This document shows positions 11,873-20,879 of a stretch of DNA of 64,000 bases, piece after piece. The notes beneath the pieces were generated by a model. That model ran no database searches and was not told the DNA's origin. It saw only the letters and a program-made list of their open reading frames with translations. Position numbers and translations under genes: made by a program. Source of the DNA: Candidatus Heimdallarchaeum endolithica. GTDB taxonomy: Archaea > Asgardarchaeota > Heimdallarchaeia > Heimdallarchaeales > Heimdallarchaeaceae. The stretch lies in the NCBI GenBank assembly GCA_021513715.1, contig CP084167.1, forward strand, positions 1,088,001-1,152,000, in the 5' to 3' direction. The first letter of the stretch is position 1; each line of letters begins with the position of its first letter.

Positions 11873-13894
11873 TTACCTCCATATTAAGCGACTACTTCTA
11901 TTCGGTTTTTCCATTTCTTCAATAACAGTCTCCAAAAACTTGTTAATATTCTGATAATTTCCAATCGCAGAAACTGGATCCTTTAGCATAAGCAATTCTT
12001 GATTTACATTGTTAAGATATTTCTTTAAGAAACCAATAAAAATATAATTCAAGCTTCCTTTGTTTCTATCAATAAATTCCTCTATTTTATTTCGTAAATC
12101 AAGATATTTTTGTTTTTCTTGTGATAAACTAGTACTATAATCAGAATCGGTAATCTGAATTGAAATAAGCAAATCTTTTAAAATTGTTTGAATGTTCTGA
12201 GATAAGTCTTTTTTAGATGAAAAGTTTTCATTTGCATTAGCCAATTTAGAAATCGTTTGATCAACAATTTTTTCTAAATTCGATCCAGTACTACTTTTTC
12301 GTTCTTTACTTATTTCCTCAGATATTTTTGTTAGATATTTATCAAATTGTTCTTCTTGGGCTTTTAAGCTACGTAATAACTCAGTTTTTTCAGCTATAAA
12401 CAATTTATAATTAGACTTAATAATATATAAAACAACAGCGATAATTAAAGTATCACTAAATTCATGTTCATGCTTGTATTTATTTGCAAAAATATTACTA
12501 AAAACTGATAAAAATGAATCTTCCTTTTTAACTGGTAAAAAATTAAAAAACATATCTAAATAGTCTTGAAATTCCGTTCTTAACGCTTCATAGGATTCAA
12601 TTTGATATTTATCTAATTGAGATTCAAAATTTTCCAATATTCCTTCAACTAGAGCGATAATATCATAGAGTATATTTTTTTCATATTCAATACTCTTTAT
12701 TGCTTCTAATGCTTTAGTTTCATTCTGTGATATTATTTTTCGAATACCAATTTGTGATAATTGATTGAAATCAACTGCTTTTTTGATATCTTCACCAAAA
12801 CAGTTCTGAATAGTTTTGCAAAGTTTTTCAATATTTTCAAGCTCACTCTGGTTTATCTCAAATTCAAATAAGTGTCCAATTGCTTTTTCTGGTGTGAAAT
12901 ATGTTAACTCCTGAAATGATTCTAAAATATCCTCACTGATAATTATTTTTTCTTTCAGAAACCTATTTTTAATTGAAGAAAGATTTTTTTCTAAAATTTC
13001 AATTCGTTTTCCTAATGAGCTAGTCTCTAGTTTCTCATCTATAACCATATCTTTAACGATGTCAGAAAGTAATTTAGAGTAGTTTATCAATAACTCAAGA
13101 AAGGAGATAATTAACTTTTGAGAACAAAAAATAAAAGGATAAAAATCACCTGTATTACTTTTGTCCGCTATTGAACGTAATTTATCATGATCATCCAAAA
13201 TGTAACTTGAACCGTTGCTAATTTCTCGAAAGGTCGCAATAATACTAGATAGATATCTAGAGATATCTTTCATTACATTATGTATTTTATTCATTTCTCT
13301 ATTTATTTCTTTTAAGTTTTTTGAACTAACAATTTCTTGATATTCACTATCTGATGAAATATCAGAACGAGAAATTTCCTCTTGATCTTCATCATACTCA
13401 TCGGATTCATCCCTAACAGTTTCACTAGTGAGTCTAAAAGAATCAGAAACCATAGTATCGGATACTGAGGTAGCATCATCAGAAGTATTATGACCTACTA
13501 AAATATTCGTTATTTCTGTTTTTAGTGTTTGAAGGAAATTTATATCTTGTTTCTTTTGCTCTTCGATTTTTAAAATTAGCTTTTCTGACAACTCAAATAA
13601 TTTTTCACAAAGTTTCTTAGGATTTTTTGCCATTTTTTCATCCTTTAAATTCAGTTTATCATCAATATTATTCTTAAGTAATTCAATAATTCTCATTGAA
13701 GCATCAGATATGGTATTTCCATATAAGTGTTCAATGAAACTATCTTCAACTGAAATATTGTCTAAGTTATAATCACTAATTAATCTTGAAAACAAACGTT
13801 TTAAAAGCTCTAGATCCTGCTTTTTTGTTAAGAGAAACTTGTACCCAAAAATTGTTAATTTCAATTTTTCTTTATTATATTTGACAATTTTCAT
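11873..13894 (-). CDS. Large alpha-helical/coiled-coil protein in the tubulin-like operon
   Basis: 673-aa ORF rich in E/K/L/I with an acidic linker; 7-bp gap to the GTPase gene and 1-bp overlap with the upstream gene. Confidence 0.75.
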   Translation of the reverse strand: MKIVKYNKEKLKLTIFGYKFLLTKKQDLELLKRLFSRLISDYNLDNISVEDSFIEHLYGNTISDASMRIIELLKNNIDDKLNLKDEKMAKNPKKLCEKLFELSEKLILKIEEQKKQDINFLQTLKTEITNILVGHNTSDDATSVSDTMVSDSFRLTSETVRDESDEYDEDQEEISRSDISSDSEYQEIVSSKNLKEINREMNKIHNVMKDISRYLSSIIATFREISNGSSYILDDHDKLRSIADKSNTGDFYPFIFCSQKLIISFLELLINYSKLLSDIVKDMVIDEKLETSSLGKRIEILEKNLSSIKNRFLKEKIIISEDILESFQELTYFTPEKAIGHLFEFEINQSELENIEKLCKTIQNCFGEDIKKAVDFNQLSQIGIRKIISQNETKALEAIKSIEYEKNILYDIIALVEGILENFESQLDKYQIESYEALRTEFQDYLDMFFNFLPVKKEDSFLSVFSNIFANKYKHEHEFSDTLIIAVVLYIIKSNYKLFIAEKTELLRSLKAQEEQFDKYLTKISEEISKERKSSTGSNLEKIVDQTISKLANANENFSSKKDLSQNIQTILKDLLISIQITDSDYSTSLSQEKQKYLDLRNKIEEFIDRNKGSLNYIFIGFLKKYLNNVNQELLMLKDPVSAIGNYQNINKFLETVIEEMEKPNRSSRLIWR

Positions 13895-14523
13895 TAAATC
13901 ACATCCAATATTTTTTTGAGGTTTTTATCAAATTTAGATAAATATCTAGAAACTTTTTTTAATTCTTCTTTCAGTTCTTTGTTTTTCTTATTCAGTTCTT
14001 TGTTTTTCTCACTCAGTTCTTCGTTTATCTTATTCAGCTCTTCGTTTTTCTTATTCAGTTTCTTTATCTTATTCAGCTCTTCATTTTTCTCACTCAGTTC
14101 TTCGTTTATCTTATTCAGCTCTTCGTTTTTCTCAGTCAGTTCTTCGCTTATCTTATTCAGTTCTTTGTTTTTCTCACTCAGTTCTTCGTTTATCTTATTC
14201 AGCTCTTCGTTTTTCTCACTCAGTTCTTTGATCATTTTTACTTTTTTATACTTTAACTCATTTACCTGTTGAGATAACTCAGAACGCGCAGACTCTGACC
14301 CATTTTCTTCTTGAGTTAACTCAGAACGCGCAGACTCTGACCCATTTTCTTCTTGAGTTAACTCAGAACGCGCAGACTCTAACTCACTTTCTTCTTGAGT
14401 TAACTCAGAATTCGCAGACTCTAACTCACTTTCTTCTTGAGTTAACTCAGAATTCGCAGACTCTAACTCACTTTCTTCTCGAGATAATTCAGAATTATTG
14501 TTGGAAATTTTATTCACCACCAA
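13894..14523 (-). CDS. Coiled-coil protein built from heptad tandem repeats
   Basis: (ELTQEESELESANS)x~5 followed by (EELSEKN/EELNKIN)n; stop overlaps the start of the next gene. Confidence 0.75.
   Translation of the reverse strand: MVVNKISNNNSELSREESELESANSELTQEESELESANSELTQEESELESARSELTQEENGSESARSELTQEENGSESARSELSQQVNELKYKKVKMIKELSEKNEELNKINEELSEKNKELNKISEELTEKNEELNKINEELSEKNEELNKIKKLNKKNEELNKINEELSEKNKELNKKNKELKEELKKVSRYLSKFDKNLKKILDVI
13958..14229. repeat. Intragenic 21/42-bp tandem repeat encoding EELSEKN/EELNKIN heptads
   Basis: Recurrent ttattcagctcttcgtttttctcactcagttcttcgtttatc units; boundaries approximate. Confidence 0.9.
14268..14493. repeat. Intragenic 42-bp tandem repeat (about 5 copies)
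   Basis: Recurrent ttcttcttgagttaactcagaa(cg/tt)cgcagactct(aactcact/gacccatt) units; boundaries approximate. Confidence 0.9.
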
Positions 14524-15188
14524 TATAAATCAGTTTAGTATAAATACTCATAATCTAGTAATTAATCTTTCTACTTTATCTTTGTACTAATTGTTCCTCG
14601 ATTGAGAAATAATGCATTAATTAAAAAACCACAAATAACTTTTAAATTTTATGGGATTTTGATCTAGTTTGCTTTCATACAGAATTTGGTTATAAACAAG
14701 TAAATAAGTGAAAAATAAACGAGTAAAATCTGGGCTTTATAACCTTTTCCTATTTTAGTATTTGTCTTAGTGCTTTTGAATACCTAATAACTTTTGATAT
14801 TTTTTAAATTTTTTAGGAACCAAGCCGCTTATGGTCGCCACTAACAGAGGAAAAATTGTTTGGGTCTTTACGTCTTTTTGGTATCCAATGGTGAGTTGTT
14901 CAATATAGAACTAGTTTTAAATTAAACAATTCATTGCCACATTTGGGATTCCGCTGGTCCAACCAACCCGTCTGTCTTTTTTCATTCTCTTTCAGAGCTA
15001 TTTATAGTTCTTAACATCTCTCAAGTTTTCTTACCATCTTTAAGCTATTAGTACATTCTTCTTCTCCACCAGTTTCTCAGACTTTCTCTATTTATTCCTT
15101 TTCACACGGAAAGTAGTTCAACTATATATTATCAATAAATTGTATCAGAAATATTTATAAATTTTAATTGGTAGTATTTTTGATTGGT

Positions 15189-15884
15189 ATGAGCAGAAAA
15201 ACAGTCAGGCTAGATGCTAGGAAGCAACAAGAAAATGCAATAAGAGCACTTAAATTACAACTTAAAAGTTACAATAAGCTATTAGATCGCAGAGAAGAAT
15301 TCAATAAAACGTTTAAAGGGTTAGGAATTAAAAGGATTAAAAGTTCAACAGACTTTGATGACCCAAAAAGAGTTAGTATTAGAGAACTTACTGCAAAATT
15401 AAAAACAAATAATAAAAGAGGGCAACTTGAGTTAATAAAAAAAATCCAAGAAAAGTACAATGAAATTGATAAAGGGGAGAGTTATTCTGATACTTTTTCT
15501 GAAGAGGAAAAACAGATATTACAAGATGCTTTAATAGATGCAGCAGACAATTTCATTGAAAGGTTTAAACCTGGTTTAGAAATTGAAGGATTTATTATAG
15601 AGGAAAGAAAGGTATTAGATTCATTTAAAAAGAACTGGATAATAAAAGCTTCAAAAGATGATCAAATATTAACAACATATATAACAATTTTAGATGATGG
15701 CTCGATTTGGATAAGACAAGAAGAAAATTATGAACAGAATGTTTGCAAGGGTTTTGTTAAAAGAATCTACGATATTTGGCAAGATGAAGTTTTTGATGCA
15801 ACGCTTTTAGCTATTGAACAGTTAGCAGAGGAAGAAGAAACTGAAAGTGAAGAAGTAAGTCAAGTAGAATATGAACTTTCATAA
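15189..15884 (+). CDS. Hypothetical protein (N-terminal helical region, acidic tail)
   Basis: ATG at 15189 (MSRKTVRL) downstream of a TATA-like tttataaa; about 231 aa. Confidence 0.7.
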   Translation: MSRKTVRLDARKQQENAIRALKLQLKSYNKLLDRREEFNKTFKGLGIKRIKSSTDFDDPKRVSIRELTAKLKTNNKRGQLELIKKIQEKYNEIDKGESYSDTFSEEEKQILQDALIDAADNFIERFKPGLEIEGFIIEERKVLDSFKKNWIIKASKDDQILTTYITILDDGSIWIRQEENYEQNVCKGFVKRIYDIWQDEVFDATLLAIEQLAEEEETESEEVSQVEYELS

Positions 15885-15909
15885 GAATTAATTTAATTAG
15901 GGGATCAAC

Positions 15910-16425
15910 ATAATAAGCTATTATCATTCTTTTTTTGGTGAAACTATTGATTTTAATATAAATCTTCTCATAAGTGAATACTTAAATCTGCATAGTCTTT
16001 TTTCCAAATCCCAAGATAGCCATAAAAAAAGTAAAGAAATAAGTAATAACGAAATCAACAATCTATATTACCAGTTGATTGATTCCTTAAGATGTAATAT
16101 TATAAGAGAGCTCTCATCGTTTTCTAGCAATACAATCGAATTGTTTGGAAAACGCCAGATATGGCTCTTTTTGGGAGAAAAAGCCAGCTACATTGGTTTT
16201 CTTTCTCCTAATTGTGACTTTTCATTGACTTCCAATTACTCACATAGTAAAATAATACAGTCAGAAGATTTAGTTAGTAAGATCAATAATTCATTAATCA
16301 CTACTGTAGAAAAAACAATCGAAGAATTTGTAAATGAAAAATGTTCTATTTTGGATGAACAAATAATTTTTGAACTAATAAAAATTATAAGATTAAAACA
16401 ATCATTTAGAAGAATATTTTGTTAG
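15910..16425 (+). CDS. Hypothetical protein, probably starting at a non-canonical ATA upstream of the called TTG at 16075
   Basis: Frame is open from 15901 to 16425; SD-like aggggA at 15899-15904 precedes ATA 15910; stop abuts the radical SAM gene. Confidence 0.5.
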   Translation: MISYYHSFFGETIDFNINLLISEYLNLHSLFSKSQDSHKKSKEISNNEINNLYYQLIDSLRCNIIRELSSFSSNTIELFGKRQIWLFLGEKASYIGFLSPNCDFSLTSNYSHSKIIQSEDLVSKINNSLITTVEKTIEEFVNEKCSILDEQIIFELIKIIRLKQSFRRIFC

Positions 16426-17409
16426 TTGATAATAATGATTATTGCTAGTGGGCCTTTTCAAGAATTGGATGAAATGAGAATACAATGTAATATATGTCCC
16501 CACAACTGTGTACTTAAAAATGGAGAAACAGGTTTATGTAAAGAAAAAATAAACATTGAAAATTCGTTATATACGTTAAATTTTCGAGAGATTACAATAG
16601 CTGAACCTAGACCTATAGAACAAACACCTTTTTTTGAGTTTTATCAAGAAACAACAGCTCTCAATTTAGGTGGATATTCATGTAATTTTTGGTGCCCTTT
16701 TTGTTTAAATTATGAAATCAGCTACAACACTTCTTCTGATTTACGTAGCAAAACTTTTTCTAATAACGATATTTTGAAACTTGTTAAAGAAACAAATAGT
16801 AAGGGAGTTGTTTTTACTTTTAACGAACCGGCAATTATGCATGAAACAGTAATAGATATTTTTTCGTTTATAAAAAGAGTTGATTCATCTATTTACACAG
16901 CAATTCACTCAAATGGTTTTATGAGTAAAAAAGTAATTGATTTAATTATAAAATATACTGATGGATTTGTTTTTGACATTAAAGGAGATGATAGTTTTTA
17001 TCTACAAATGAGCGCAACATTTGACAGTATATGGAACAATATTAGAAAGATTAACAACAAAAAAAGACATTTAGAACTTGTAATTCCATTGTTTACAGAA
17101 TTTATGAACGATAACACAATAACAAAGATAATGAATAAATTAATTAATGACAATATAAACTGCCCAATCATAATCTTAAAAGGAAGACCAATAACAAAAT
17201 ACAATAACTTTACCCAAGTTAGTCAAAAAAAGGCAGAGGATATCGTAAAGTTATTTAAAGAAAATGGTTTTCATGAAAGTTATCTAATGGGATTTCCTGG
17301 TTCTAAATATGAATCTTCTTATTGTAAAAAATGTGGAAAAATCACTTTATACAGGTACGATGCTGTACCTATGTTCAGAGAAGATATTGATTATTGCAAA
17401 TGTAAATGA
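16426..17409 (+). CDS. AmmeMemoRadiSam-type radical SAM enzyme (PFL-activase-like)
   Basis: N-terminal CxxCPHxC...GLC, PIEQTPFFEF, CxxxCxxC (CNFWCPFC), FTFNEP, HSNGF and a C-terminal CxxC. Confidence 0.85.
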   Translation: MIIMIIASGPFQELDEMRIQCNICPHNCVLKNGETGLCKEKINIENSLYTLNFREITIAEPRPIEQTPFFEFYQETTALNLGGYSCNFWCPFCLNYEISYNTSSDLRSKTFSNNDILKLVKETNSKGVVFTFNEPAIMHETVIDIFSFIKRVDSSIYTAIHSNGFMSKKVIDLIIKYTDGFVFDIKGDDSFYLQMSATFDSIWNNIRKINNKKRHLELVIPLFTEFMNDNTITKIMNKLINDNINCPIIILKGRPITKYNNFTQVSQKKAEDIVKLFKENGFHESYLMGFPGSKYESSYCKKCGKITLYRYDAVPMFREDIDYCKCK

Positions 17410-18083
17410 TTTTTTATGTTTAAAAGATAATTTTTTGATAACAAATGAGCAATAAATAAAGGTTTTGGCAATTTGTGTTCTGGTTCTAATAACTCAATAA
17501 CCAAATTTAATGCAGAACTTACAGAAATTTTATTTCCTGGAGAAACAAATATAGGCCTCCATTTTTTTTCTGGAGGGTAGGAGATTCTATTACCTACAAC
17601 TTTTCCTTTTATCATAACATCGTCAATAATTAATTCTTTCTTTATTCTACTATTACTATATTCAAACATTTTCATAGGATTTTTTGCTACTCCAATTACT
17701 GGTTTATCTATTAAATATCCCAAAACAGTTGCTGACCCTGCATTTAGTGGGTGAGCTATTCCGTGCCCATCCACAACTATTAAATCTGGTTGATTTTCCA
17801 GCAAATCTAATATTTCTAAAAAAGCTGGTACTTCTCTTAAAAAGAGATATCCTGAAACATATTCAAATGTTGGAGTAGTTTCCAGTACTTTTTTTTCTAC
17901 TATTTTCTTTGTCTTTATTTCATATACAACTGCTGCAGTAAAAGCTTTTTCTTCTTTATAGGCTACATCTAACCCTGATATTAAATTTAGTTTTTCAAAT
18001 TCATCATCTATTCTTATCTCTCTTGCTACTTGAATTTGAAGAGCTTTAGCTTCTTTTAAACTATTAGGAAAAAAAATTTGCAT
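17391..18083 (-). CDS. nfi: Endonuclease V
   Basis: GLDVAY, YVSGYLFLRE, VDGHGIAHP, IGVAK and PIFVSPG motifs. Confidence 0.93.
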   Translation of the reverse strand: MQIFFPNSLKEAKALQIQVAREIRIDDEFEKLNLISGLDVAYKEEKAFTAAVVYEIKTKKIVEKKVLETTPTFEYVSGYLFLREVPAFLEILDLLENQPDLIVVDGHGIAHPLNAGSATVLGYLIDKPVIGVAKNPMKMFEYSNSRIKKELIIDDVMIKGKVVGNRISYPPEKKWRPIFVSPGNKISVSSALNLVIELLEPEHKLPKPLFIAHLLSKNYLLNIKNHLHLQ

Positions 18084-18367
18084 AAAAAAGAAAAAAATAT
18101 TCATCAATAAATATATTGTTCTTTTAGATAAAACTCAGCTTTCAAGAAAACATTCTCAACTATGTATGTATTTTAAAACAAATTCTATAAAGATAAAAAA
18201 TTACCATTAGAAGAGCCCACTCAGACCTTTTCCAACATTTATATATGTTTTATAAACACCTAATATATATTACAAGTTATTATTGTATGTTAAAAAATAT
18301 TATTTAACCAAAATTCAAATGAATAGGTTTATAAACATCTTAACAAACATTTTTTTTCGGTGATTTT

Positions 18368-19468
18368 ATGAACACCACAAAAAAAGTTGCATTGTTGTTT
18401 GTAACAATATTCGCTACAATGAGTGTAGTGAGTCTGGTTGTATCCGGTGATTACTGGATTACAAAAAACGAATGGGTAGATCATGGATCAACCCTTGTTG
18501 AAACGAAATGGATCGATATCTTTCCTACCTATCAGCAGTTCGTTATTCGACCTGAAGTTGAAGGAACAGCTTATTCTACTTATGCTACAGCAGTATGGTT
18601 TTCCTTAAGTTCAACAGTAACGATTTCAGCAACTGTTTCCTCCTCTTGTGAATACAAAACACCAATCGTCTCTGCTTCAGCAAAAACTGAAAATGGAGTA
18701 TCTATATCTGCTTCAGCTGGTATTACGACATCAAAAGAAGTAGGGCAAACAATTGCAATCGCACATACTTCACCCGATGAAGCCATTTTCTCCGCTAAAA
18801 CTATAAAGCTAAAGGTTCAAGTCTATGCACATCACTGGTATTTGCACAAATATGGATTGGATTTCTTCCGAGGGTGGGTAGATCTTGGTATTGATTCATC
18901 AAAGACCCCATGCCACAAAGTCCAACTGAGTTACAAGATTTTGGATCTAGATGTAGCAACTTATATTGGAGTACCTATAGAAAAAGATGATTATATTATT
19001 ACTACGACTAGACCTATCTATGACATTATTATTGAACCAGATGGTTCTTTGAGAAAAGTAATTGTAGGATGGACTACTTACCAAACGTGGTCATATTCTA
19101 ATGGACCTTATCCGTTTGCAGCAAAAACATACAGGGAAACATATGAATACAACAAAAATATCGCTGAAACAACCTATCCTTATGTAGGAGCATATACAGA
19201 AAATCTTTATGTAAAAGAGAAAGTATCTACCTTTGCATCATTATCACTTACTGTGACTAGCTCAGTTGATCTAGGAGCAGGAATAGGTTCAACTAAAGTA
19301 TCTGTAAAAATAACTGGTTCAATAAAAGTAGAAGCGGCTGCTGGAGCGTCAACAAGTCAAATGTACGGATTTAAACCGGGCTGGTATGATCCAGAAAATG
19401 GTGGCCCAACAAAACATCTAAGAGTAAAACAACTAACTTTTGGAAGTTTATGGGTCCAGTTATATTAG
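18368..19468 (+). CDS. Secreted protein with two Ser/Thr-alternating amphipathic beta-hairpins (aerolysin/ETX-MTX2-like pore-former candidate)
   Basis: Signal peptide and no C-terminal TM; segments SLSSTVTISATVSSSCEYKTPIVSASAKTENGVSISASAG and SLSLTVTSSVDLGAGIGSTKVSVKITGSIKVEAAAG. Confidence 0.55.
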   Translation: MNTTKKVALLFVTIFATMSVVSLVVSGDYWITKNEWVDHGSTLVETKWIDIFPTYQQFVIRPEVEGTAYSTYATAVWFSLSSTVTISATVSSSCEYKTPIVSASAKTENGVSISASAGITTSKEVGQTIAIAHTSPDEAIFSAKTIKLKVQVYAHHWYLHKYGLDFFRGWVDLGIDSSKTPCHKVQLSYKILDLDVATYIGVPIEKDDYIITTTRPIYDIIIEPDGSLRKVIVGWTTYQTWSYSNGPYPFAAKTYRETYEYNKNIAETTYPYVGAYTENLYVKEKVSTFASLSLTVTSSVDLGAGIGSTKVSVKITGSIKVEAAAGASTSQMYGFKPGWYDPENGGPTKHLRVKQLTFGSLWVQLY

Positions 19469-19476
19469 GGAAAATT

Positions 19477-19509
19477 GAGGAGTTCAAATTGAACTCCTCT
19501 GCCTTTTTC
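19477..19509 (+). terminator. Hairpin followed by a T-rich tract after the first gene of the cluster
   Basis: Perfect inverted repeat gaggagttcaa-a-ttgaactcctc followed by tgcctttttc. Confidence 0.6.
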
Positions 19510-19522
19510 TGGCGGTGATAAT

Positions 19523-20851
19523 ATGAAGTTCAAGTATAAAATCATTTCCGTTCTTGCAATAATAACAATAAATATAGTTATTATCTCAAATAATATAGAT
19601 GTTGATGGATCTTTTCTTGAACAACAAGAAAACAGTTTAAGCGATAAAATTGTTTCACAAGAAGAGTGTAAAAAAGAAGAAAAGACGGTTTTTATTACAC
19701 AGAGTTTAGCGTATCAACAAATATGCACCAATGTTAGTACTCTGAGTATGTATCAAAATGAAACTAGAGATATTTCTCTAATGGTCAAAGACATAAATGA
19801 AATTTTAGTTAATGATACCAATATATGGATTTATAGTAATATATCAAAAGAAAGTTATCTTCAAACTGAAGGTTTGACAGGGTCAAATGGTAATTATACC
19901 CTTCATCTAACTTCATCTTATTTATCTGGAATTGTTTCAGGCGTTTATAACATTACGTTTCTATGTTACACATATGGTTATGCCAATGCAACAAAGACTA
20001 TTTTTCTCCACTTAAAATCATATGATGTTACAGCCCCTATCGTTACAATTCTTCAACCTAAACAGAATCAAGCTATTGGTTCTCGTGACCTTACAGTAGA
20101 GTATAAGGTTACAGACGATTTTCAGTTAAGAGAGATTAGCGTTTATATTGATGATATAATTGTAGAGGTTTTAGGCACTGGAGTAATCACAAATCCTGAA
20201 AATCAGTGGGGAAATGCAACTTATATCTTGCGTACAACAGAAGTATCTATTCCAAAAGAAATTGAAGGAACTGTTGAATTAAAGGTTATAGCGATAGATT
20301 TTGATTTTCATTCAAGTGAAAAATCAGCAAATATAATTGTGGATACAAAAGCGCCAACTATTGAAATTCTTAAACCAACTGATGAAGCAACAGTAAAAAG
20401 TAAATCTTTCACTCTATCTTGGTTCGCAGAAGATAATTATGGTATAGATATATTTAAGATCTTCGTGGAAGAAAAATTGGTTTTGGCAGTAAAAACGTAT
20501 TCTGCACAAATTACACTAGATTACAATGAGAGTATTTACTATTATGATATAGAGGTTTATGCTTACGACAATGTAGGAAACTTCGATTTAGATCATATAA
20601 GAGTCCACGTAGAGTTAGAAAATAACTTTACTCCTTCAACTTCATCAGGCAGAATAAATTCTTGGCAAATTGTTCTATTAGGTAGTTTTACAGTTGTTGC
20701 AGGATACAAACTAGTTACTTTTATTAAAAAAGAAGATCAAAAGAATTCTACAAAGAAAAAGAGAAAAACTAGCCGAAGAAAAGGGAATTCTTCTAAAATA
20801 AATAAGAAAGCAAAACAAATTGTAAAAACAAAGATAAATCGACTTAAGTGA
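19523..20851 (+). CDS. Single-pass surface protein with Ig-like domains and a long basic cytoplasmic tail
   Basis: Signal peptide, D.TAP.V.I..P Ig-type repeats, TM WQIVLLGSFTVVAGY, K/R-rich tail. Confidence 0.8.
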   Translation: MKFKYKIISVLAIITINIVIISNNIDVDGSFLEQQENSLSDKIVSQEECKKEEKTVFITQSLAYQQICTNVSTLSMYQNETRDISLMVKDINEILVNDTNIWIYSNISKESYLQTEGLTGSNGNYTLHLTSSYLSGIVSGVYNITFLCYTYGYANATKTIFLHLKSYDVTAPIVTILQPKQNQAIGSRDLTVEYKVTDDFQLREISVYIDDIIVEVLGTGVITNPENQWGNATYILRTTEVSIPKEIEGTVELKVIAIDFDFHSSEKSANIIVDTKAPTIEILKPTDEATVKSKSFTLSWFAEDNYGIDIFKIFVEEKLVLAVKTYSAQITLDYNESIYYYDIEVYAYDNVGNFDLDHIRVHVELENNFTPSTSSGRINSWQIVLLGSFTVVAGYKLVTFIKKEDQKNSTKKKRKTSRRKGNSSKINKKAKQIVKTKINRLK

Positions 20852-20879
20852 TTGAGTAAATAAATAAGGTGAAGAAGAA

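Noticed and set aside
13916-14272. F/S/L-rich antisense ORFs here and at 56339, 26118, 27072, 11315, 51313 and similar positions
   Set aside because: Shadow frames opposite E/K-rich or otherwise well-supported genes.
13958-14493. Possible CRISPR array
   Set aside because: Repeats are contiguous with no unique spacers, are multiples of 3 and lie in frame within a coiled-coil ORF; no cas genes nearby.
15189-15884. DUF2997/Ycf46-module-like C-terminus (ITILDDGSIW...C)
   Set aside because: The resemblance is too short and no partner AAA ATPase is adjacent.
18248-18336. Repeated GTTTATAAAC-like palindromes upstream of the envelope cluster as an operator
   Set aside because: They cannot be distinguished from TATA boxes in AT-rich DNA, and the same word occurs at 60122.
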